Assembly: GCA_905178155.1 (NCBI GenBank) | Contig: CAJINV010000002.1 | Location: forward strand, 5,203,709 to 5,267,708 | DNA: 64,000 nucleotides | From: Amoebophrya sp. A120 | Lineage: Eukaryota > Protista > Dinoflagellata | Direction of reading: 5' to 3' | The notes under the pieces: model-generated | What the model was told of the DNA's origin: nothing | The model's input: only the letters and a program-made list of their open reading frames with translations | Database searches by the model: none | Part shown: piece after piece, positions 50,301 through 61,028 of the stretch | Layout: each line of letters opens with the position of its first letter | How positions within the stretch are numbered: position 1 is the first letter of the stretch | Position numbers and translations under genes: made by a program

Positions 50301-53300
50301 ACCAGATCAGGAGCAGGTCAAACTGCAAAAAAGCAGGATCGGAGCACTTTTTACCTCGGATAACAGGGAAACAACAACAAAATCGTGCTTCCCGTCTGCC
50401 TCGTCTGCGGAAGCGGTCTATGTTGATGAAAACAAGCAGCCAAGCAACGGTTCTTCGTTGTTGAAGCAGTCGACTGAAAGAGCTGATGTCCAGCCTTCGC
50501 CGCCCCTGAAATTTTCGCAAATGAAGCACCAAATCGCAACGCCCTCTCCCGCGGTCGTCATCGCTTCGCCGCCCAGCTCGGCAGAACGGGCCGGGAGTAC
50601 TAGCGAAGTTGTGGTAGAGGAGAAGAATGATCCTGGTGTTTTTGTACCACCGGTCAGGATGGGTTTAATGGTGGATGAACCAAGGACCTCCGATCTTCGA
50701 AACCCAACTCGAGTTCCGGCAGGACAAGCCGGCACTTCCTTCAGCACGACGGCAAAGAACACTGAGGTGGTGAACGAGAAAAGCTACACGGGGCGGTGGA
50801 AACTTCTGGAACCACGAAAAAACGAGGCAGGTCGACCTTTGGAGGAAGAAGAGAATATTACTAACGCGAGTGGATTTCTTGAAGTAGAGAAGACCGGCTT
50901 GCAACTGCTGAAGGAAAAATTCCTGGGGAAGAACGATGGCGAAGATAAGAACAGTTGGACTGCTAGACAGGAACAAGTGTTGATTGGAATGAATCATGAC
51001 GACATCGGCGACCAACCAGGAGCCGCTCCTGCGTCCAATAACTGGTCCGTTTCTGTCTTGAACCAAAGCCAGCAGTCAATATCCGCGACCGCGGTTTCCA
51101 CGAACACAACGCCTCGTATTGCTGCGGCTGTTGCTGGCTTCGACCCCACGCCCCGGAGCAGCAGTTCTTGTTCTTTCATGTCGACGAGCCAAAATTACAA
51201 CATCGGAGCAGGAGGTACAACTTCATCGTCCAGGACAAAAAAAAACTCTACTGCCGCCTCCCAGCTGGATCCGCAGTTGCTCAACCTTGCGCATCCGGAG
51301 TTGATCCGGAAACTGGATAAAGCGAATCACCTGAACATCCAGCTGCAGAAGGACTTGAAGAAGCTGCTCGACAAACACGTCAAGGTCAAGGAAGAAAACG
51401 GCTCGCTGAGTTCCAAGCTGCAGAAGGAAAAGCACAGCTGGAACCTGCTCGATCACGAGCTGGAAGTAGTAAAACGGCAGCTGCTACCCCTGAAAAAGAA
51501 GAACCAGCAGCTCACCGAGGAAGCAGATTTGTACTTTGAGGGCCTGTTGAAATTGTTGTTTCTCCATTCCCCGCCCGAGATTCTCCAAATAGCCGAAGAG
51601 CAGCCGATGATTGGCGGAACGCCACCACCAAACACAACGTCGCTGACGACCCGAGCGGCTGGATCGGGATCGCCTCAACAAGCTGGTGGTGCGAACAAGC
51701 AAGAGAAGCATAAAAATCCTGTTGACAACTACCCTTGTCTAGGACTACGCACAGGGAAGACTTCTACTGTGCCGGCCTCTCCAGGGGACAGTACAGCAAA
51801 GGGACGTCGACCAGGATCATCTTCGTCTTCTGGTACCTCCACGCCTCTGCAAAGTGAGCAAAAGTACGGAGGCGGCGCCGAGCGATACGACGCGAACGGA
51901 GCAGTAGCTGCAGCGTCACCGTCCTCCGCCACGACATCACACCCACAGCATCTACTTTATCTTCCCGAAGCGCTGCAGAATCGACGGCAAAAATCTGCGT
52001 TCATGATCCAGGCACTGCACCAGAAGAAACTCCGGCTCCACTGGCTCCGGAGCGGGTTTCCGCAGATTTGGAAAAACAGGAGGAAAACTTCTACCAATGA
52101 CGGCATAATTGGAAGAGGTCAGAACAATACTACATCTACATCAACTTCCGGAGGAGGTAAGAATACTAGCTCTACTGGAAGTGCTGTCAACTTCTACCCC
52201 CCGTCGGCACTGTCACTGACTCCGCGACGGAGCAAAAGGCAGCATGGTGGTATTCAAGAAAAAAACACCATCACAATCACTTTTGCACATTTTTGCAATA
52301 CAAAAATTTTTGTCATGCGCAAAAATGCATCACAGTCAAGGGCTATAGGCGAGTTCCCTTTGTGTCTTTGCAAGACAAGAAAAATTTGTCATGCGAGACG
52401 ATGCAAAACCTCCTAAGTGTGCTTGTGATGGTGTTTTTTTCTTGGATAGGTGGACAGCAACATTTTCAAGGGGACCACGACCAGGATGTAGTTTTTTCAA
52501 AAAGTGCACTGGAGCTGCGAGAGTTTCACGAGGACGACGACTCCGTCTCTTACAGCTGGATTGATCCTGCCTCCGACGAGTTGAAGGTGGAGCTGCTGTC
52601 TACCGAGCTTCTGAAGCAGAAAAACGAGTACGAGTTGCTGAAGAAGAATTACTATCCTGTGCAAAAGTATCGCACTCGTACTAATCGCAAATATGCATGA
52701 CAAATATTTTTCCTAGGGAAAAAGAGCATTACAAATTTCACTTTCCTTCTTGCCAAAATTTGTCATGCAGTTTATACTAGTGCGATACTTTTGCAATGCA
52801 TAGTTACCAGCTGGCGCTCCTGGAGGTCAGCAAATTGAAGGACCAGGTGCAGGAGCTGAAGGGCAACGTCCGGGTGTTTTGTCGGCTGCTATCAAATGTA
52901 AAAATGTCTGGGTCTGGAAGAATGCAACTTGTGATGCTGCATTTGGATTCAAAAAAAATCTGTATTGCATGAGTACCAACGGGAATGCAATTTTTGCTAC
53001 GCTGAGAAGGCATTTGTCATGCGGAATAGGCATCAAGAAGCCCTCAGAAAATCTGTATTACTAGGGTACGCATCACAGACATCATGGCTCATGCAAAACG
53101 TGCATGACAAATGTCAGAATCTTCCAGACCCAGACATTTTTACAGTTGTTAGCTGCTCCCACTAAACAATCTTCATCCATCTGGTGGTTCGGACCGCACT
53201 TTTTTACTAGGGGACGCCACGGCAAGTCAAAATCACGGCATGTCAGCAGTGCGACCAAAAAATGAGGAACCGGGCGGCGGTACTGGAGCATCGGGGACAG

Positions 53301-56300
53301 GGGGTAAGGTTATACTTTTGTCGACGATGAACTCGAACGACACTTGCGAGATGAGTTGTTCTTCCTCTGTGTTGTATGTACACAAATAGGTGGGTGTTGA
53401 TACTGTGACAGGAGAAAACAAGTGTGCCCGCGATACTACATGAATGATAAATGAGTCTGCATGTCCGCACGGTGCGGGCAGTGAAGCTTGTGAAAAAAGA
53501 CTTTAACTACGAGTTTTCTTGTGATCAGGTGGTCACCGCCGGCTGAGCAGTTTAGTTTTGCGTAGCGGGGACAATTTTGGTGGACGGGAAGTGGAATTTG
53601 CCTTCGATCGAGTCTTTGGGCAGAAGGACACACAGGCGACGATCTACGAGGAGGTGGGGCCGCTGCTCGAGGGGATTCCGAGAGGGTACTTAGTTGGTAC
53701 TTTCACTTACTATGTACTTGCAAGACGATTGATGTATGATGCGCAGTTTGCAGTTTGCACACAAAACTACAGCATGGCGACGCTCTTCATGAAGAATATC
53801 TTTTCGAAGGAGACAGAAGCAACAGGGTGCAAAGACAGCTAGACTCCACTTAAATCCAGGTTCCACCTTGCGATTTTTGCTTACGGCCAAACGGGCAGCG
53901 GGAAAACGTACACCCTGGACGGCACGCAGGAGCAGCCGGGCATTCTGCGATCGGCTCTGCAGGACATGCTGAAAATCGCCGATAGCAAAGGTTATCAGCT
54001 GGTTTTGTCCATCGTGGAGATCTACAACGAGCAGGTGCGGGACTTGCTCGAGCCTCCCAAATCCGCGGCCTCATCTTCGACTTATTTTCATGCCGACTAC
54101 GATTTCGTGGTTCCCGACCGGACCTACAATAATTTCAACGGCACGACCAATCAGTCGCCCAGCAAGAACATTCTAGGGTCCGCACGGACCAACGCGTCCT
54201 CCGTCTCGCCGCGTAAGCCGCGCGGCGCTACAGGCGGGTCCTCCTCAAATTTTCACACCAAGCCACAGTCGAGCGCGCGAAAGCGCGGCCGGAATCTGTC
54301 GGATTTTGGGGCGGCGGGTGGTGGTGGCACTTCTTCGACGGCGGGAGGGAGCGTGTCTGTGTCTCCCCGCAAGGCACCGACGGAGACGACCACGCAGAGA
54401 AGTGGTCGAGGAGGTGGAGGACAGCACAATAATCTTCACCCTTACAACAATTACGGTGCGCAGAATAACAACAACTACAACACCACCGGTACTACTTTTA
54501 CTAATACTAATATGGCGGGGTCAGGATCGGGGTCGGCGTCTTCGAGCACGGCGCATAATTTTGGAACGAGCAACAGCGGCGTTTCCTCGTCGTCCTCCCG
54601 GAGCGTGACCCCCCGAGGCAATAATTCTCATGCAGGGACTGCCGGTAATTGCACGAGCACGGCAAGTTCCGGACCGGGTTCAGGGGCTGGAGGCAGCACG
54701 GCCGCGGCCGCTTTTCCGCCGAGCGCAGCGGCGCCAAGCACCACGAATGCAAACAGCGCTTTTTTGAACCAGTCCTTCCAATCCACCAGTAGCATCCGAT
54801 CGGTCAGCAGCAGTGCTACGACCTCCGGGCAACATCAGAATTACGCCAGCCAGCACCTGGAGATCCGGGGGGTGACCAATCACGGTGTTGCTGCGAGCAC
54901 GGGTTGTACCGGGCCCGTCAACTTGGTGGATCATGGCGCAGGTGGAGGGGTTTCTTCCGGTCGGGGAGCAGCTGTCGAGCGGGATCAGCACAGTGAGCTG
55001 TACCACTCCTCTTCCGCAGGCTCTTATGCAAGGAAGAAAGAGTTTTACATACAGTTCGAACTAGAAGGCATGTGTTGCAGGACAAAGCGACGAGTATGAG
55101 ACAGACAACCTCTGTCATGCCCGCATAATCTTTGAATCGTTGCGTTTTCTTCCGACTGCTTCTTGTCCCAGTCGCACGGACCAGGACTCTATTGCTAAAT
55201 CAGTAGCACCAGACTGGAAGGAGAACTGTATGTAAAGTCACTTTTTTTCTCGGATGCTTCTTCTTCTAGTAGTGGCCACCACCACCACCCTTCGGATTTT
55301 ACAACCTCGCTGTTCGGCATATGGCGTTCTCAACTGTTACATCCTCAACTGTTACATGGATTTGTGTTGCAAGAAGTGCAACAGTGAAATAGGAGACCTT
55401 GCGCTTCTTGCATGACAGATTTGGCAAAGATTCTCAGCCTGTTGGGCTCGTCGGGAATTTGTCATGCGAAGCAGCTTGATTGCGTCGATTCTGAATCTGA
55501 GTGCAATTTTGCATGACAAATCATGTAACAGTTGAGAATGTAACATTTGAGAACGCCATTCGGTAGCATCTACGTGGACGGGCTGTCTACGGTAAAAATC
55601 CACTCCTGGGAGCACGCCGACCGGATCTTGCAGCGGGCGCGGCAGTATCAACTGCAAAAATGTCTGGGTCTGGAAGGATGCGAACCTGTGATGCGCATTT
55701 CACATACACAGACAAATCTCTCTCATACATCACACAACAAAAGACGTGCATTTCCTGTCACCAAAGATTTGTCATGCACATTAAGCAATTGCAATGCGGA
55801 AGCTTCTCGAATAAATCTGTGATGCTAGGGCTTCCATGACAGACATTCTGTGTCGTGCAAAAACAGCATGACTCTTCGAGACCCAGACATTTTTGCACTT
55901 GATAGGCAGAGCCGCGTGACCGGCGCCACGGCGCTGAATGACGTGAGCTCGCGATCCCACTGCATCTACTCGCTCGGTCTGCGGTATCCTACAGAAAAGT
56001 ACCTAAACCCGTATCAGAAAAAAATGGATTTGTGTTCGCTAAACTGCCGGCACTTAAACCCTCGTAATGCGGAGACCACAAATAAAGAGGCTGCTTTCTG
56101 TCGTGCAGAATGCAGCTGCCGGCAGTGTGTGCTGTCTAATGCAGTCGACAGTGTGTGCATGTGCTGTGTAAAAAGTAGGTATGATCAAAGAGTAGATGGC
56201 GTCGCTTTTGCTTAGCATTCTGCGCAGCCAAGTCCTGTCTGTGACACGAAATAAATCCCCGCAGCACAAATCTTCTTTTTTCTGGCGTGCTGGGCTTGCC

Positions 56301-56750
56301 TTTCTGTGGGATATGCGCACCAAGAGCGGCGCGGCAGTGCCGTCCTCCGGAGTACAACCAGGCAAGACGAGCAACTCTGACCCTCAGTCGTGCAGCGTCG
56401 AGCAGTACGTGGGCGCGCTGCACGTGATTGACCTGGCGGGGTCGGAGCGCACCAAGGTCTCGAAGGCGGAGGGCCAACGGATGCAGGAAGCCAAACAGAT
56501 CAACAAGTCCCTGTCCGCCCTGGGCGACACGCTCTTCGCACTCGAAGCGAAGCACGCGCACATCCCCTTCCGGAACAGCAAGCTGAGTTACCTGTTGTCG
56601 GACGTGCTGTCACAACAATGGTCGAAGGTTCTCTTCATTGCCACAGTGAATCCGTCCATGGAAAACGTTCAGGAAAGCTTCTCCACGCTGTCCTTCGCGC
56701 GGAGGATCGCAAACATCGAGAAGGGGAAGCTCAAAGCCAATAGCTCGTGA
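47343..56750 (+). CDS. Kinesin-14 family C-terminal motor protein (5' end unresolved), 10 introners, one large TIR insertion and canonical introns
   Basis: Neck ELKGNVRVFCR, FAFDRVF, P-loop AYGQTGSGKTYT, VEIYNEQVRDLL, switch I NDVSSRSH, switch II DLAGSER, INKSLSALG, HIPFRNSKL. Confidence 0.9.
47805..48056. mobile_element. Introner, family A (252 bp, very similar to 21918..22169)
   Basis: Family A TIRs. Followed by a ~26-bp exon duplication instead of a 5-bp TSD. Confidence 0.9.
48106..49232. mobile_element. ~1.13-kb non-coding TIR (foldback/MITE-like) element with ~80-bp GC-rich TIRs
   Basis: Left ...GACGTGACCGGGGAGGTCACGTCCACCCGGCCGGCCGG..., right is the reverse complement. Flanked by a ~55-bp exon duplication. 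Internal repeats CGACTTTGGCTCAA. Confidence 0.85.
49291..49602. mobile_element. Introner, family B/D-like
   Basis: TATCTTCCTGTGTAAAAC / GTTTTTACACGCGATA. Flanks ccgag/cagac. Frame restored. Confidence 0.75.
49619..49928. mobile_element. Introner, family G
   Basis: TSD acgaa. Confidence 0.9.
52251..52448. mobile_element. Introner, family K
   Basis: TATTCAAGAAAAAAACACCATCACAA / TTGTGATGGTGTTTTTTTCTTGGATA. TSD ggtgg. Confidence 0.92.
52653..52802. mobile_element. Introner, family I (150 bp)
   Basis: TAT...TGCAAAAGTATCGCACT / AGTGCGATACTTTTGCA...ATA. Flanks attac/gttac. Confidence 0.88.
52890..53151. mobile_element. Introner, family A
   Basis: TSD gctgc. Sits immediately after VRVFCRL. Confidence 0.92.
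55025..55256. mobile_element. Introner, family L
   Basis: ...TTTACATACAGTTC / GAACTGTATGTAAA.... Flanks gctct/cttct. Frame restored. Confidence 0.75.
55320..55560. mobile_element. Introner, family M
   Basis: TATGGCGTTCTCAACTGTTACAT / ATGTAACATTTGAGAACGCCATT, with an internally duplicated TIR unit. Flanks cggca/cggta. Confidence 0.88.
55646..55904. mobile_element. Introner, family A
   Basis: TSD ggcag. Restores RARQ-SRVTGAT. Confidence 0.93.
55985..56313. mobile_element. Introner, family E
   Basis: TATCCTACAGAAAAG / CTTTCTGTGGGATA. Flanks tgcgg/tgcgc. Confidence 0.85.
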
Positions 56751-57592
56751 TAAAAGTAATTTTCTAGCTCCGTGAGTAAACGATGGTGAGGAGAAAACCG
56801 GGGTTGAAAATGCGTTTAGTAGAACTTCTAACCACGAGGCATGGAAGAGCGCGACGGGCATCCATGATTTTTAATGAGATAGAAACATGATGTTGCAAAG
56901 CTGTACGCGGCTGCAAGGGAGACCGGTTGTGGCATTTCGTTAGACTATGAGTATTCGTTTGTGCACCATGATTTTCTCTTCCCATCAGAATGTTGAATCA
57001 CATGAGGAGTGTTCTGCTTCTTATTGACGCATCTGTTCTCCTGCTACAAGTGCAGGTAGTATTTCAGGAAGTCGTCCGTGGTGCACGATTTGTTAACATG
57101 GCATCGGTAATATCGCGCCATGCCTTTTATCGCCCACCAATAGGCGTCGGTGCTGTGTCTATATCAATCGGTGTTGGCGATGGTGCCATCTCATCTTGCT
57201 TTCTCGTATGGTCACTGCTTGCCAAAAATCATGCCAGGATGGTGCAAAGAACTTGGGATTTGCCTCGGTGCCGGTCCTGTGTCCCCAGTTGCGAGTCGGT
57301 ATGAGCCTCTGAAGTTTTTTGTTCGGTTATGCCCTGAAGATAGATCGCTCTTGAAGCTGAGGATGAGTAGAATGACTTGCCTTTCGGTTGGCGCCGCACT
57401 ACTCTAGCCATATCGCACATCATATGGCGACCAACAACAACAGAGCTTTGGTTGATTTCCGTAAATTACAGCTACGTGGATTTTTCATTCGATTTGCAAG
57501 AGAGTAAGTCTAAGTGCAGGTTGTTCTTCCTAGGCCAAGTTTGGCTAATATCGCTTTAAGTACAGAATTACCTGGTTTGATCCGCCTCGTTT

Positions 57593-58528
57593 TTGTTCGC
57601 ACGGCACAACTCCGCCCTCACAGTGATGTCGGTGCCAGAACCGCTGGTGGTTGCTCGACTTACGGACAACGAGGTCCACCATGAGTTTCTCCCGATTTCT
57701 TCGTTCCTTCCAGTGCAACCACATGTAGCACGCACCGAGACTGAAAATCCAGCCCGTGACGAGGACTACAACTTGCCCACACGACGAGACCAATCACCCA
57801 CCTCCCCCGCGGTGGCGTATTTGCTGAAAAGGCAGTTCCCGCAGTACGAGTTCGCCCGTGCAGAGGTGCTGAAATATACGACGCAGACGCCGGAACAGTG
57901 GCGGGCCAGGATACTCGAGACATGCGGAACAAGGCGTTGTTGCCAGCACCCTATTCAAGCCCTTCGCGTCCTGCGTCTTGGTGCCGACGAACCGCGCAAT
58001 ACGTGGAAAACAGGCACGTTTTGGGGCCGCACGCTCCACCTCGACTACCAAGAAGCCATGGCGGAGTGGACGCAGCGCCGCTGGACGCGGGAAAGTGACT
58101 ATCTGATACAAGTGCGAAACCTTGAGAGGGAGGCTGAACAACAAGCGGCCGCATTGCTGGAAATAACGGAAGAAGTGGAGAACCCCGAGATCAGTGATGA
58201 TCCAACTGTTGTTCCAGAAGGCCAGCAAGAGGACACATTAAAGGAAGGAGAATCCTCGCTTCAACAGGATACAGCTACGGAGGTGGAAAACAACTCTCGC
58301 GTTCTCTTTCAATATGACAATCTCTGCCAGGTAACAGGCACCGGGAGGCAAGCTTTTACTGCTGCGGCTACAGACGAAGAAAGAGTTCACGTTTCGCGTG
58401 ATGATATGGAGCTGAATGAGAGAACCGCGGGCGATGTTGCTGCGGCTCCCGACCTGAAAGTACCAACCGGAAAAGTATGGACCACACACGACACGACAAA
58501 GCGGCAAGACCCGCAGGCAACGGTATGA
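57593..58528 (+). CDS. Hypothetical protein
   Basis: 311-aa ORF with coding-like composition. No recognised domain. Confidence 0.55.
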   Translation: MFARHNSALTVMSVPEPLVVARLTDNEVHHEFLPISSFLPVQPHVARTETENPARDEDYNLPTRRDQSPTSPAVAYLLKRQFPQYEFARAEVLKYTTQTPEQWRARILETCGTRRCCQHPIQALRVLRLGADEPRNTWKTGTFWGRTLHLDYQEAMAEWTQRRWTRESDYLIQVRNLEREAEQQAAALLEITEEVENPEISDDPTVVPEGQQEDTLKEGESSLQQDTATEVENNSRVLFQYDNLCQVTGTGRQAFTAAATDEERVHVSRDDMELNERTAGDVAAAPDLKVPTGKVWTTHDTTKRQDPQATV

Positions 58529-58847
58529 AATTGAAAGCCAAAGGAGCTCAATCAGGAATCATCATCCTGAAATTGAACCACTATCTCGTGCACTAAGACA
58601 GAATGCGTCATCCTGATCGAACAACGGGAGTTTCTTCGTTATTACGACACATGCATGGGGGGAGGAAGGAGATCTTTGGACAAAGACAAATTTTCAGCTC
58701 GATTTATAGATTTCTTGTGTGTGCTGTTTATTAAAGGTCATTATCAACAGGTGCCTGTGCTGTCGTGTGCGTGCAGTGCAATCTTGCTTTTCTACGGCAT
58801 AAAACGAAGATTTCCACTACGATCCGGAGACACAAACCACGGGAAAA

Positions 58848-60116
58848 ATGGACGTCGAAAAGAGTTTCTCCGCATCGCATCGCGAGCTGCCTGTAGTGTC
58901 TGCACCGCCCTTACCCATAGTCTACGACCCAATTACGCAAACGACGGGAAGGTTGCCCACCTATCGACCGTTCGTCGAAAAGAAGCAACTGGACTTGTTT
59001 CATCGGCCGAGAAACCTCAAATTCAACGAAAACAGCCTTTTCGTCTGCTATTGGAGGAAAGCGTTGAGTCAAAATACGTAAAGATGACAAAAAGATGTGC
59101 AGCACCAGCAGTGAAGCATTCATTTCGGCGCAGGTAACCATTAGTTGCTGCCGTAGTACCTAGACTACGGTGAGTGCGGAAATCTACTTACTCAATGGTT
59201 GTAACTTCTCCTTGCACGAGCACGAGGGAAAGATGTTTACGAAGGATGCACGAGACGATCATTCACATTTTCATGTGGAGAAAAAGGCTGATTACATCTA
59301 TCTTGCTTCGACTCAACTGTTCACTCCAATACGCACAACGGCTGTGACCTGCCACTCTACCACTGGCTTGACTTTGACTTGTACCAGAGCGAGAAACAAG
59401 GGTATTGCGTTTTCGACCCGTTAAGCCTCTATTCGAAGGGAAAGTTTTTCTACCATGTTGGGCTGAAAATACAAGAGGCACAGGATCATGGACGTTGTGC
59501 AGCTACAACGTCCCCCCCCAAACTCAATTACGTCGTCCGCCTGCATTGCAAGCGCTGCGAATCGTATTTGGGCTGGGTGCAGGAGAAGAGTGACGCCGAA
59601 AAAAAGTTGGAGCTGGACGACCTGAAGGAAATTCGGCACCGCACCTGGCACGTGCTCAACGCCCTCGCCATCAGGCACGTGCGAGCTGCTGGCTCCTGTG
59701 GGGGAATCAATACTAAAGATTACATCAACGCGGCTGATCAACATATGAATTCTTGTGGGCAACAAGAGCGGTCTAATATTAGTGCTGGTTGCACCTATAA
59801 CAAGGCGCCTTCGTCATCGTCGGAGATGGCAAAAACAAGAACTACAGAAGCTGCACGTACTAGAATAGGGAAAACATCATCAACACAGCCTCAGGAAGAA
59901 GAAGACCTGCAGGCCCTTTATGATGCACCGGGGTCGATTTTTCGAGAGCTATTGGTGACCACGGGAACAATCTCAACGGAAAGTACAAGCGGAGGACGGG
60001 AGATGAAGACGGTCGGACGAAAAATTGGGATGAATTACGTTGTCGGAGCTGGAGACACTATACTGCAACGTGCGAAGCTCGAGCTGGATGCGGATTGTAG
60101 GGTCCTGCGGTGGTGA
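58848..60116 (+). CDS. Hypothetical protein with CxxC..LGW motif (possible Yippee/Mis18-type zinc-binding fold), probably two exons
   Basis: LHCKRCESYLGWV in ORF 59379. Upstream ORF 58848 is a plausible first exon. Confidence 0.4.
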
Positions 60117-61028
60117 AAACCTACAACAGAAGTCAGATCGTTCTTACTCGCACCGCTCGCTGCGACTTTAATATTTCCTTGCCACGTGTTGTGGCTATCT
60201 GCATGCTCCTTCAAGAAATCCAAGCACGAAACTTGTACCCAAGCTGACCAAGTTGAAACTGTTTGCGGAGCAAGCGGCGTGCCTGTTATGTTCAAGACAA
60301 AAAATAAAGCTTCAAAAGCTCATGCGGCGACTTGATGTGACTCGGACAACTCGGTCAGCGTCTAGATTGAAGTGAAACTACGAGCGACTTTTTTTGTTTC
60401 CCAGTCGGTCCTTGTAGTGCGCTGTGCTTACTCGTCCGCCTTCTTGTCGTTGATCTTTGTCGCGGTGAAGATGAATCTGGCGCTGAGGCCACTGTGTCGG
60501 TTTCTCCCTCGTCGTGAAAGACAATTTGCTCGTACAATTTGAAACCTGCTCGGTCGTGCTTTCGTTGCGTCAAAGCCACGAGAATATTAGAACAAACTCA
60601 CTCGGTTGCTTTCCTGCGCCTTTACGGGCTGCCGCTTCGGTGTTGAGAATTTAGACTGTGATGGTTTGGATAGTGCATCGGAAGCACGTACCATCGTGGT
60701 TGCACTCTTATCGTTTTGAGCTTGACTTCGACACTGCTGCATTTTTTTCAAGCCGTAATTATACCGAAGCATTCCAATCATTTTTCCCTTTCGTTTTTAC
60801 TGCCCGTATTCCACCAACACACTATTTGACAGGAATCCGTACTGAGTCTATGTACCACTCTCGTCCTCTAGGTTTCCTGGTAGAGGCCTCGCCTCGTTAT
60901 TTTGATCCCGTAATATTAAAGAAGAGCGTGTAAGAATATTTGCATTTGGTATTTTTCCCGATTATTTTGTTCTGCTAAGTGCTACTATCCGCACTTCGCC
61001 GCTATCCCCCCGGAACAAGCAAGTTTAA

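Noticed and set aside
15093-55822. Many short ORFs sharing QKCLGLE, LPDPDIF, FQTQTF or KNVWVWK peptides
   Set aside because: They are translations of the family A TIR, not a protein family.
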